A DNA stretch of 60,981 nucleotides, taken from Anaerolineae bacterium. Its GTDB lineage: Bacteria; Chloroflexota; Anaerolineae; Anaerolineales; Villigracilaceae. The notes under the pieces were generated by a model. That model did not search any database. It was not told where the DNA came from and worked only from the letters and a program-made list of their open reading frames with translations. The translations under genes were made by a program, and so were the position numbers. Shown piece by piece: positions 47,851 to 57,000 of this stretch (position 1 is the stretch's first letter; each line of letters begins with the position of its first letter). The stretch covers positions 1 to 60,981 of the forward strand of contig JBGPQJ010000001.1 of the NCBI GenBank assembly GCA_041488995.1. Reading direction: 5' to 3'.

Positions 47851-49242
47851 ATGAAACTAAATTGGAAACATTACCTCATTTTGGCAATTTCAATCGTTTT
47901 GGCGGTTGGGGCGTTTTTCCTGATGCGAGGGATTATCGTATCATGGACATTTACCGATTTACCCGGGATTGCCATCACCGATAATGGCAGTTCAAATAAC
48001 GATACACAAGCACAACCCAATCTCACCCCTGAGGCAGTCGTTCCGCCATCGAACCTGCCGCCAACGTGGGACGGCGCTTCACGTGTTAATATTCTCGTGA
48101 TGGGGCTCGATTTCGCCGATTGGTCTAAAGACCGCAATGGTCCTTCGCGTTCAGATTCGATGATTCTCTTAACCATTGATCCCATTACTAAAACCGCCGG
48201 GATGCTTTCAATCCCGCGCGATCTGTGGGTAAACATTCCCGGATTTGACCATGGAAAAATCAACACTGCTCACGCCCTGGGAGAGGCGTACAAGCTCCCG
48301 GGTGGAGGCCCTGCGCTCGCTGCCAAGACCGTGGAAAATGTGATCGGGGTTCCTGTGCAGTATTATGCGGTGATTTCTTTTGATGCATTTACCCGCATGG
48401 TGGATGAACTGGGTTGCGTCCATATCTGGTCCTACCAGGAAATGGACATCGACCCTGTTGGAAAGGGTAATACCATTCATCTTAATAAAGACAAGGGTTA
48501 CTGCATGGATGGCGCAACTCTGCTGGCATATGCTCGCAATCGCCACACCCAAGGCGGTGATGTGGATCGCGCTCATCGTCAACAGCAGGTGATTCTGGCC
48601 TTAAAAGATAAGATAACTAACCCGGCTAATTTCCCCACTCTGGTTGCAAAAGCCCCGGCCATTTATCAAGAACTGGCTTCTGGTATCCACACCAATCTCA
48701 CGCTTAATGACGCCCTCAAGCTGGCAATGCTGGCAAAAGATATCCCAAGTGAGGAGATCAAGACCTCTATCATCGACTACAAGATGGTAACTCTGGCAAA
48801 TGTTGTGGGCAAGGATGGGCAGGTAATGAGTATCTTTGTGCCCATACCTGATAAAATCCGAGAACTACGCGACCAGATGTTTACCGATGGGGGCTCGATC
48901 AACCCTCTGGCAAAAGGTGAACCAGTTCAACTCGCAATTGACGAAGGTGCTTCTCTTGAAATTTTGAACGGCACATATACAGCGGGTCTGGCTGGCAAGA
49001 CGGGTGACTACTTTAAATCGTTGGGGATGAATGTCGCCATCGTAGGCAACCCGCAACAGATCGGCTATCCTCGCACCGTTATCATTGATCACCGCGGCAA
49101 GCCCTATATGACCAAATACCTGTTTGACTTGTTCAAGGTAGATGCAGCAGTACAATTCCAGATAAAGTTCGAAAGTTCATCACCAGCCGATGTAACGATT
49201 ATCCTAGGTGACGATTGGGCGTACAACAATCCGATGCCATAA
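47851..49242 (+). CDS. LytR-CpsA-Psr (LCP) family protein
   Basis: Start set at MKLNWKHY. TM anchor. NILVMGLD...SRSDSMILLTIDP...SIPRDLWVNIP...KINTA...RNRH are LCP core motifs. Confidence 0.85.
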   Translation: MKLNWKHYLILAISIVLAVGAFFLMRGIIVSWTFTDLPGIAITDNGSSNNDTQAQPNLTPEAVVPPSNLPPTWDGASRVNILVMGLDFADWSKDRNGPSRSDSMILLTIDPITKTAGMLSIPRDLWVNIPGFDHGKINTAHALGEAYKLPGGGPALAAKTVENVIGVPVQYYAVISFDAFTRMVDELGCVHIWSYQEMDIDPVGKGNTIHLNKDKGYCMDGATLLAYARNRHTQGGDVDRAHRQQQVILALKDKITNPANFPTLVAKAPAIYQELASGIHTNLTLNDALKLAMLAKDIPSEEIKTSIIDYKMVTLANVVGKDGQVMSIFVPIPDKIRELRDQMFTDGGSINPLAKGEPVQLAIDEGASLEILNGTYTAGLAGKTGDYFKSLGMNVAIVGNPQQIGYPRTVIIDHRGKPYMTKYLFDLFKVDAAVQFQIKFESSSPADVTIILGDDWAYNNPMP

Positions 49243-49383
49243 ATTGATCCTTTTAATTTCGAATTCCCCGCCAGTTCTTATTCGACGGGGAATTTTGATT
49301 CGTGACCATTTATGTTCCAATGTGTTCTATCATCAGCAAAGTTACCCAATGCATATTCGCCATTCCCACGCCAAGGAGGAGAA

Positions 49384-51978
49384 ATGTCACCCAGACTTCG
49401 TAAGTTCTTGATCGGTTTTTTCAGCGTGCTTGTTATCATTGTACTTGTCGCCGGTGTGTTCGGATTCATAAATGTGCGCCGTTCATATCCATTGACGGAT
49501 GGCGAAATAAAAATGAACGATGTGGAAGGTTTGTCGGCGATGAATGTTCAGGGGATTGATAACCCTGTGGATATATATCGCGATCAGATGGGCATCCCAC
49601 ATATTTATGCGTCCACCCTCCATGATTTATTTTTTGCCCAGGGATATGTGCATGCCCAGGATCGCTTCTGGCAAATGGACTTTTGGAGGCATATTGGTTC
49701 AGCGCGTTTGTCGGAGATGTTTGGCGATTCCCAATTGGAGACCGATGCCTTTCTGCGGACTTTGGGCTGGCGTCAAATCGCCGAGACGGAATGGGAAAAT
49801 TTCACCCCTGAGTCTAAAGTGATCCTTCAAGCCTACATTGATGGCGTAAATGCCTATCTGGCTGACCACTCCGGCACGGCGCTGAGCCTCGAATATGGTG
49901 TACTCAAACTCATCAATCCGGGTTATGTCGTCGAACCCTGGACGCCTGTCAACTCCCTGACCTGGGCAAAGGCGATGGCCTGGGACCTGCGTGGAAATAT
50001 GGGCGCAGAAATAGAGCGGTCCATTTTGTTGAAGACCCTGACATCGGAACAGGTGGATGAGCTCTTTCCACCTTATCCATCGGACCATCCTGTCATTGTC
50101 CCGGGGATTGGTGATTTTACCAATTCCTCCACTCCACTGTTCGATTATACAAATGAAATGCAACCAATCCTGGGACTTTCCAATTTTGAAAATATCAAAA
50201 ACAACTTCGCCTTGCTTGATTTGGTTCTGGGTCCTTCCGGGGCTGGAATCGGATCGAATAGCTGGGCAGTCTCCGGTACTCGGACAGAATCCGGGAAACC
50301 GCTCATCGCCAATGATCCTCATCTGGTGATCCAGATGCCATCCATCTGGTACCAAATCGGATTACACTGCAAACCCAAAAGCGATGCCTGCCCCTATGAA
50401 GTGGGTGGATTCTCTTTTGCCGGTGTGCCCGGCGTTGTGATTGGACATAATGACCAGATCGCCTGGGCTCTCACGAATGTTGGCCCGGATGTCATGGATT
50501 TGTACATCGAAAAGGTGAACCCTGATAACCCAAACCAGTATGAGGTAAACGGTCAGTGGGTGGATATGGCCCTGCATGAAGAAACCATTAAAGTTGCGGG
50601 GGGCGATCCGGTTACCATCACGGTCAGGGCTACCCGGCATGGTCCGGTGGTTTCGGATACTTACGGACCGCTCCTGCAAACCGTAAAGCCGGTGAAAGGA
50701 GCAACACCCGTTAAACCCTACACAGAACAGACGGGCATTCCCCTGCCTGACCCGTACGTTGTCTCTCTACGTTGGACAGCCCTGGAACCCGGGAGTGTCT
50801 TTGAGGCAATCTGGGGCTTTGACAAAGCCCGAAACTGGGATGAATTCCGAGAAGCAGCGCGCGGGTTCGAAGTCCCGGCCCAGAACCTGTTGTATGCCGA
50901 CACTTCAGGGAACATCGCGTATCAGATGCCCGGGAATGTTCCCATCCGCAAGAACGGCGATGGCCGGCTCCCCGTCCCAGGCTGGACAGATGATTACGAA
51001 TGGACAGGCTATATTCCATTTGACGAATTACCGTATCAGGTCAATCCGTCAAGCGGTTACATCGTCACCGCCAATAACCAGGTTCCGCCGAACGATTACC
51101 CCTATCTGATCAGCACAGATTGGGACTACGGTTTCAGAGCCAAGCGCATCGTGGATATGATTGAGAACGCTCCCGGCCCGATTGATATTGCCTACTTCCA
51201 GAAAATGCAAGGGGACGATAAGAACCTGAACGCTGAAACGATCGCCCCTTCGCTGCTGCAGCTCAAGGTGGATGACCCCAAACTGGACGAAGCCAGAAAT
51301 GTGCTCACCGGTTGGGATTACCAGGACACAATGGAATCTCGCCAGGCGGCGTTCTTTGAGCGCTATTGGTGGTTCCTGCTTAGCGATACCTTTAACGATC
51401 AACTCCCGGAGGATTATGCAGCTGCCGGGGGAGCGCGATGGTACGAAGTCATTCGAGAGATAGTCAATCAGCCAGATTCTGCCTGGTGGGATGATGTGAC
51501 TACCGAGGACAAGGTTGAAACACGTGACGACATCTTTGCAAAAGCGCTGGCGGATACCGTTGAGAATTTGAACAAATATTATGGAAGTGTTCCAGCCAAA
51601 TGGCCAACTTGGGGCGAAATGCACACGGCCACTTTCCGTAACCAGACGCTTGGCAAGTCGGGAATTGCGCCGATTGAAGCCCTCTTCAATCGTGGTCCAT
51701 TCCCAACTGCAGGTGGAAAGAGTATCGTCAATGCAACAGGATGGGACGTGGGTGATTCATATGAAGTAAACTGGCTGCCATCCATGCGCATGATCGTGGA
51801 CCTGAGCAACCTGAACAACTCGGTTTCTGTCCACACGACAGGCCAATCGGGTCATGCGTATAGCGAGCATTACATTGACATGGCTGATTTATGGCGGAAA
51901 ATCCAATACTATCCGATGTGGGGAGAAGAACAATCCATCATCGATAATTCCGAAGGGCACTTGAGGTTGGTGCCATAG
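49384..51978 (+). CDS. penicillin acylase family Ntn-hydrolase (possible acyl-homoserine-lactone/beta-lactam acylase)
   Basis: Start set at MSPRLRKF after AAGGAGGA, with a signal anchor. GIPHIYA, and the autoprocessing site GIGSNSWAVSG (Ser nucleophile) followed by ANDPHL. Confidence 0.88.
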   Translation: MSPRLRKFLIGFFSVLVIIVLVAGVFGFINVRRSYPLTDGEIKMNDVEGLSAMNVQGIDNPVDIYRDQMGIPHIYASTLHDLFFAQGYVHAQDRFWQMDFWRHIGSARLSEMFGDSQLETDAFLRTLGWRQIAETEWENFTPESKVILQAYIDGVNAYLADHSGTALSLEYGVLKLINPGYVVEPWTPVNSLTWAKAMAWDLRGNMGAEIERSILLKTLTSEQVDELFPPYPSDHPVIVPGIGDFTNSSTPLFDYTNEMQPILGLSNFENIKNNFALLDLVLGPSGAGIGSNSWAVSGTRTESGKPLIANDPHLVIQMPSIWYQIGLHCKPKSDACPYEVGGFSFAGVPGVVIGHNDQIAWALTNVGPDVMDLYIEKVNPDNPNQYEVNGQWVDMALHEETIKVAGGDPVTITVRATRHGPVVSDTYGPLLQTVKPVKGATPVKPYTEQTGIPLPDPYVVSLRWTALEPGSVFEAIWGFDKARNWDEFREAARGFEVPAQNLLYADTSGNIAYQMPGNVPIRKNGDGRLPVPGWTDDYEWTGYIPFDELPYQVNPSSGYIVTANNQVPPNDYPYLISTDWDYGFRAKRIVDMIENAPGPIDIAYFQKMQGDDKNLNAETIAPSLLQLKVDDPKLDEARNVLTGWDYQDTMESRQAAFFERYWWFLLSDTFNDQLPEDYAAAGGARWYEVIREIVNQPDSAWWDDVTTEDKVETRDDIFAKALADTVENLNKYYGSVPAKWPTWGEMHTATFRNQTLGKSGIAPIEALFNRGPFPTAGGKSIVNATGWDVGDSYEVNWLPSMRMIVDLSNLNNSVSVHTTGQSGHAYSEHYIDMADLWRKIQYYPMWGEEQSIIDNSEGHLRLVP

Positions 51979-51996
51979 TTGTTCGTGCAGGGGATC

Positions 51997-52035
51997 AAAA
52001 AAGGCTGGATGCTCTAACATCCAGCCTTTTTTTTT
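51997..52035. terminator. bidirectional intrinsic terminator
   Basis: AAAAAA-GGCTGGATG-CTCTAA-CATCCAGCC-TTTTTTTTT, between the convergent acylase and DedA genes. Confidence 0.7.
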
Positions 52036-52044
52036 CTTCCATTC

Positions 52045-52709
52045 TTATTTTGCTTGTATAGATTCTGCCTCGACCTTTTTTTCCATCCTCGACCTTACGA
52101 TTTCGTAAACGGCCGGTACCACCGAAATCAGGATGATGGCGATAATCACCAACTCGAAATTTTTCTGGACGAAGGGGATATTTCCAAAAAAGTATCCCAA
52201 CCCGAGGAAGATGCTCACCCACAATATTCCACCAACGACGTTATAGGTGATGAAATATCTATAACTCATCTCTCCCACGCCAGCTACAAATGGCGCGAAA
52301 GTACGCACAATAGGAACAAAACGCGCCAGTACGATGGTCTTCCCGCCGTATTTCTCGAAGAAGGCATGTGTCTTATCAATATATTCCTTCTTGATCCATT
52401 TTACTTCTCCGGTATAAGCACGCGAACCGATGCTATGACCAATCCAATAGTTTACCGTATCCCCAATATGGCAGCCAGTGAAAGGGATACAAACAGTATA
52501 AGAGGGTTAAGCCAACCTCGGGCTGCGAAAGTGCCAGCGGCAAAGATGAGAGAATCTCCGGGCAGGAAGGGCGTAACTACAAAACCCGTCTCGGCAAAAA
52601 TGACGAAGAACAACAGGATATACGTCACTGCGCCAAACTGCAGGATGATCTGTTCCAGATATTGATCGAGGTTTAAAAACAGGTCTACAAGGTTTTTTAT
52701 TGTATCCAT
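52045..52709 (-). pseudogene. DedA family membrane protein interrupted by a single-nucleotide frameshift
   Basis: The N-terminal piece (52452-52709) ends ...LSLAAILG. A third frame reads [59 protein letters not shown] and continues into the 52045-52308 piece. The switch occurs at the CCCC run at 52461-52464. Confidence 0.8.
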
Positions 52710-52806
52710 GAAAAGAATCTCAAATAGTATGTTATGTAAAAGCCAAGAACGAGGGCATGCGCTTAAAACACAAGATGCGATTATACCGCCGATTCATCCG
52801 GGATTA

Positions 52807-54045
52807 CTAAGATTTCATTCGGTCGATTGGTTCCACCCCGATCGTATCAATTTGAATTTGAGATGGAGAAGTCTCTCGTAGTATCCTGTTTGCTCGAATC
52901 AGAATAGAGAAATTGAGTAAAACCAACATCATCAATCCGGTTACAGAAATCACTGGCAGGCTTTTCAACCAGGGCGATGGATTTGACATATATCCAATGG
53001 CTATTCCAACTGCGGATGACAATGACAATGCATTCCAAATGCCGTGGAGCAGGACAACGGCGAGATAAGTCAGACCAAGCTGGAGATATTTTCTCTCCCG
53101 CCAGGCACTCACCAGCGCCCATCCCATCAACCCGGTTGTGACAATATGCAATAAATCCGATCCAGCCCGTGCTATGGAAAGCAGTCCCCAGGCGTTAGAA
53201 CTGCTCGATAAGGCTCCCAGACTCTCCACAAGTGTATATCCTGCGCCGCATAATGCCCCGAAAGCAAATCCCTGTTGAGGAGTGATTATCTGGTTTGAGC
53301 CGAGCCATACACCCAAAGGCTTTAAGACTTCCTCGATGAGTGGAGTGAAAACCGAGAAGAAAATCAGACCAGTGATGATTACTGCCGGGTTAAGAAGGTA
53401 GGGAGTCAAAATTCTCACTAACGCATCAGGGTTGCTGGTGTACATCAATCGCGCGCTTAAAGCCTCGATAGAGTGCAACAAGGATGGATTTAGGCTAATC
53501 CATATAATTGCTACGATCCCAATGAAAGCAATTATCATTATTTCCGCAATTCCGATGAGAAATGGGACAATCGCCATCCCAACTGTGATTGTTCCCCAGC
53601 GACGCTCATTCGATCCGACATCCAGGCCGTGTAAAGCAATTCGAGCGAGGATCCAAACCGGCAATACCACTGTCAACAAATTCAAGGGTAACAGTAGAAG
53701 GAACATGGATTCCTGTTTCTCCAAAAGCAACCCGAGACCGGCTGCAGCGATCCAGACTATGATCAACGCTGTCGTTGGGATTCTCTGCAAGGGCAAGTCT
53801 GCCTCGGGCTTATTTGAGATACGCATAAAGCTGTAATACACAGCTGGCAAGAAAACCGTGCCCAGGAACAATAATCCCGCAGAAAGCATCAGCGTTGATT
53901 TGGCAAATTCGACATTCCCCGACAAATATTCCATGAGGCCGGTAAAACCCATCACTGCTCCAGCACCGAAACAGATCAGGGAGGATAATGAGCTCAAAAA
54001 GAGCAGCAGGATCGAAGTCCAGGGCGTATTTCTGCGGTTTTGCAT
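52807..54045 (-). CDS. PrsW-like intramembrane metalloprotease family protein
   Basis: Polytopic, 412 aa. Motifs are spaced as in PrsW: EEVLKP (EExxK), FGALCGAGYTLVES (FxxxE) and LLHGIWN (HxxxN). The ATG overlaps the upstream stop (TAATG). Confidence 0.65.
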   Translation of the reverse strand: MQNRRNTPWTSILLLFLSSLSSLICFGAGAVMGFTGLMEYLSGNVEFAKSTLMLSAGLLFLGTVFLPAVYYSFMRISNKPEADLPLQRIPTTALIIVWIAAAGLGLLLEKQESMFLLLLPLNLLTVVLPVWILARIALHGLDVGSNERRWGTITVGMAIVPFLIGIAEIMIIAFIGIVAIIWISLNPSLLHSIEALSARLMYTSNPDALVRILTPYLLNPAVIITGLIFFSVFTPLIEEVLKPLGVWLGSNQIITPQQGFAFGALCGAGYTLVESLGALSSSSNAWGLLSIARAGSDLLHIVTTGLMGWALVSAWRERKYLQLGLTYLAVVLLHGIWNALSLSSAVGIAIGYMSNPSPWLKSLPVISVTGLMMLVLLNFSILIRANRILRETSPSQIQIDTIGVEPIDRMKS

Positions 54046-55277
54046 TACCTCTCCTCAATGGTCACACTGATGAGTTTATCTCCTGGTGGCGGTGAAGTGC
54101 CGGATTTCGGATCGCGAGCAGTTAGCTGATACAAGACATCCATGCCGCTAATGACTTGCCCAAAAATCGTATACCCTCCATCGAGATTAGGTGCAGGGAC
54201 GAAGGTAATAAAGAACTGACTCCCATTCGTGTTTGGCCCGGAATTTGCCATTCCGACCACCCCGGGTTTATCATATTTTAGAGACGGGTCTATTTCATTA
54301 TCGATGTAGTAGCCTGGATTTCCCATGCCGGTGCCTGTCGGGTCTCCAGTTTGAGCCACAGCTCCCGCAATCACGCGATGAAAGGTGATCCCATTAAACC
54401 AACCGTCATTGGCGAGGAAAACGAAATTATTTACTGTGTTGGGAGCCTTATCAGCATACAGTTCAATGACTACCTCGCCCTTTTCAGTTTTAAGCCTTGC
54501 TATATATTGTTTGGAAGGATCTATTATTAAAGGTGGACAGGTTTTATACTGCCTTTCAGCAATGGAAAGCAGATTGACTATTTGGTTTAAACTGGTGTAA
54601 TCAAGAGGGCCGCCGTAGATCTGACCATTAATAAGCACGAAAGGTGTTCCAGGCAGCCCGATTTTTTTACCATTTTCCCATGCTTCGTTTACTTTTTTGA
54701 CGATGTCCTCACGGGTCAAATCGATCTTGAACTGGGCTGCATCCAACCCGAGGGTGATTGCCTGCCCGGGCAGCCATTTAGAAAATTCATCAGAGGTGAA
54801 GGCACTCCACTCCTGTTGTGTGGCAAAGAGAAAATCATGCATTTCCCAGAACTTGCCCTGCTCTCCGGCAGCTTCTGCAGCTTGGGCAGATAGGGCGGCT
54901 TTGTCGTGGATGGTTTCGAGCGGAAAATTGCGGTAGACGAGGCGGACTGTATCAGGATTCTGTTGTTGGAGTTGCGCCAGCACGGGCGCAAGGTAAGCGC
55001 AGTAGGGTCATTGAAAATCGCCATACTCGATGATGGTCATCGCGGCATCTTTCGGTCCGACGACGTGGTCATCATCACTTACTGCCGGGAAAAGAGATGT
55101 TTCCTTGGCATCCGGGGTAGGTTCAATGCTGATTCTTTGGCAGAGAGCCTCAAAGGTAGGAGATGGTTTCGGCGTGAGAGTGGGGAGCCGTGTGGCAGTT
55201 GGAGCGGAAATCCCATTTCCGCAGGCTGCCAGCACTAAAAGTACAAGAATGCTAAAGATTGGAATGAGAGTGCGCAT
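54045..55277 (-). CDS. candidate selenoprotein: lipoprotein with a DsbA-like thioredoxin domain (UxxC) fused to a cyclophilin-type peptidyl-prolyl isomerase; TGA at 55008-55010 read as Sec
   Basis: Track ORFs 55008-55277 and 54045-54983 are in the same frame and separated only by TGA. The joined sequence reads ...AAMTIIEYGDFQ-U-PYCAYLAPVLAQL...GKFWEMHDFLF...GLPGTPFVLINGQ (DsbA family), followed by a cyclophilin domain (FHRVIAGAVAQTGDP...GVVGMANSGPNTNGSQFFI). The N-terminus is a lipoprotein signal (LVLAAC). Confidence 0.78.
54972..54991 (-). promoter_or_regulatory. candidate bacterial SECIS-like stem-loop
   Basis: The mRNA reads UUGCGCC-CGUGCU-GGCGCAA, a 7-bp stem with a 6-nt loop containing GU. 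The stem begins 17 nt after the UGA, so the loop lies 24-29 nt downstream. Confidence 0.5.
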
Positions 55278-55360
55278 GTTTCTTTCCTCACCTGTCGATT
55301 AGAACAAGAGACGACAATGAAAACAGAATTACGAAACCTAATTTGTATTCGGCAGTTTCC

Positions 55361-56644
55361 TTATTGGACGGCTACCTTTAGTTCATCAAATGAAGTCATC
55401 CAGGCGACGCGATATATAAATTCAGCCAGTGTCGCACTGCGTTCCCGCAGCGCACGGACTGCTGGACCGACCGGGTCTTCACCGGCTGCACCACCCGGGA
55501 CGTCTGCATAAGCACCGTAAAAAGCGAAATAAGCCTGGTTCAGTTTTCGCAGGGCATAGCCATTATCCCAGAATAGTTGACGGCGTGAATCCATATAGTT
55601 TTCAGCTTCTTCAATTTTACCTTCCGAAAGAAGCTGGTCTACTGTGACCCGGGTCTCGTGCATCTCCACTCGAAAATCAAACGGTTGGCGAAAATCGCCT
55701 GGGTTTGGTCGCCCATTGGATTGTGAAACCAGCCCGGAGGCGGTTTGTTCCCGCGCGATCAGTTCAGGGTAGTATTTCTCAATGACACGCTGCCCGATCT
55801 CTTTCCCAGCGATGCTGGCAGTAGTCTCATTCATTGTACGCAATTCTGGTGTGGTGTCGTATCGAATTCCGAGGGGACGCAGGGTCAGGAAATTGTGAAT
55901 CCATTCGTGCGCGACAACTTCGGTCAGCCATCTCAAATCGCTCGTGCGCATTACCATGGTGGGGTATGCGCCGATGCCGCCAACCGGGACGATGAGCGAT
56001 GATACATTGAGCTGTTTATCCACCTCTGTCTCGAGGATTTCGCGCTGTTCAACGGTCAGGTCGGGGAGCAGCGAGAGGTTGGCATCCTGTTGGACTTTTT
56101 CGCGAGGAGAAATGATCAATGCCAGCGGGAGAGGTGAAACTTTATAAAGCACCGAAGGAATCGGTTGCCCGCCGGTCGTCAATCCCATTTCCGAAGCGAC
56201 CGAGCCGACTTGATCTTGTATCACCGATTCGGTGAAGGGTGCCAGGTTTTGCTGCTGGTGGGTTAGTTCGTTCAATTCCTTCCGCAAGGGTGCGGAAGAA
56301 GCGTCCTTGTCTATAATGGCGGGGTCGGCATAAATTTGATCCAGATCGCTCTCACGTTTCTCAATATCTCTCGTAATCTGAATATAGTCATAGACCACCT
56401 GTTTGCGTTGATCATTATTGAGATAATAGGGCATGCTCATTGCGCTGAGCTGGAGTTTCTGCCAGGCAGCATTTACTGTCCAGGTAAAGTAATCAAACTG
56501 CACATCTGAAGACAGCATTCCAGCCTGTTCAGGGATGGTGCCTGCTTGAGCGGAGCTGGTCGTCATATTGCCAAACACGGCAATGATGATCGCCCAGAGA
56601 ATGGGGTGGCGAAGGATTGCATTCACAGAAGGCATTATAACCAT
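55361..56644 (-). CDS. secreted/membrane-anchored hypothetical protein with an HExxH motif (putative zinc metallopeptidase)
   Basis: N-terminal signal/anchor (ILWAIIIAVFGNMTTSSAQA). VVAHEWIHNF contains HExxH. No further family recognition. Confidence 0.55.
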   Translation of the reverse strand: MVIMPSVNAILRHPILWAIIIAVFGNMTTSSAQAGTIPEQAGMLSSDVQFDYFTWTVNAAWQKLQLSAMSMPYYLNNDQRKQVVYDYIQITRDIEKRESDLDQIYADPAIIDKDASSAPLRKELNELTHQQQNLAPFTESVIQDQVGSVASEMGLTTGGQPIPSVLYKVSPLPLALIISPREKVQQDANLSLLPDLTVEQREILETEVDKQLNVSSLIVPVGGIGAYPTMVMRTSDLRWLTEVVAHEWIHNFLTLRPLGIRYDTTPELRTMNETTASIAGKEIGQRVIEKYYPELIAREQTASGLVSQSNGRPNPGDFRQPFDFRVEMHETRVTVDQLLSEGKIEEAENYMDSRRQLFWDNGYALRKLNQAYFAFYGAYADVPGGAAGEDPVGPAVRALRERSATLAEFIYRVAWMTSFDELKVAVQ

Positions 56645-57000
56645 AAAGAATAGTATTACATCGCAATGTCAGACAACTTGACGCTGAAAATACAGGCAAA
56701 ACTGCTTTTGGAAGCTATATTTGGCGTCAGTTTGCCTGCTCGGTAAGGCTAAAATCGGCAACTTTGCGTTGTAATAATAGATATATCAGTATCATCTCAA
56801 AAAGTAGGGGAAAGCGCCAGGTAAATTGGATGATTCCCAAAAAGCAGATTAACAGGTAAACTAACGTTACTCAGCTTTGCCCTTTCTGGCAAACCACGTT
56901 TTTTTGAGATGATAAGCATCTCCTGACTTTAAGAAGGTTGTGGGAGTGTCAGCCTTGTCTCGAGCAGATATTGTGTTCTCTTGCGGTGCGGATGGGTACA

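Noticed and set aside
52054-52665. 203-aa plus-strand ORF spanning the DedA locus
   Set aside because: It is antisense to the DedA coding frames. The DedA motifs on the minus strand explain the open frames, so the long plus-strand ORF is a by-product.
54045-55277. Interpreting the split DsbA/PPIase locus as a pseudogene, or as two separate genes
   Set aside because: The interruption is a single in-frame TGA at the catalytic Cys codon, with intact conserved sequence on both sides. The downstream piece alone would lack both the signal peptide and the redox motif. Together with selA and the 3' hairpin, Sec decoding is the more economical reading, although a pseudogene cannot be excluded without the checks listed above.
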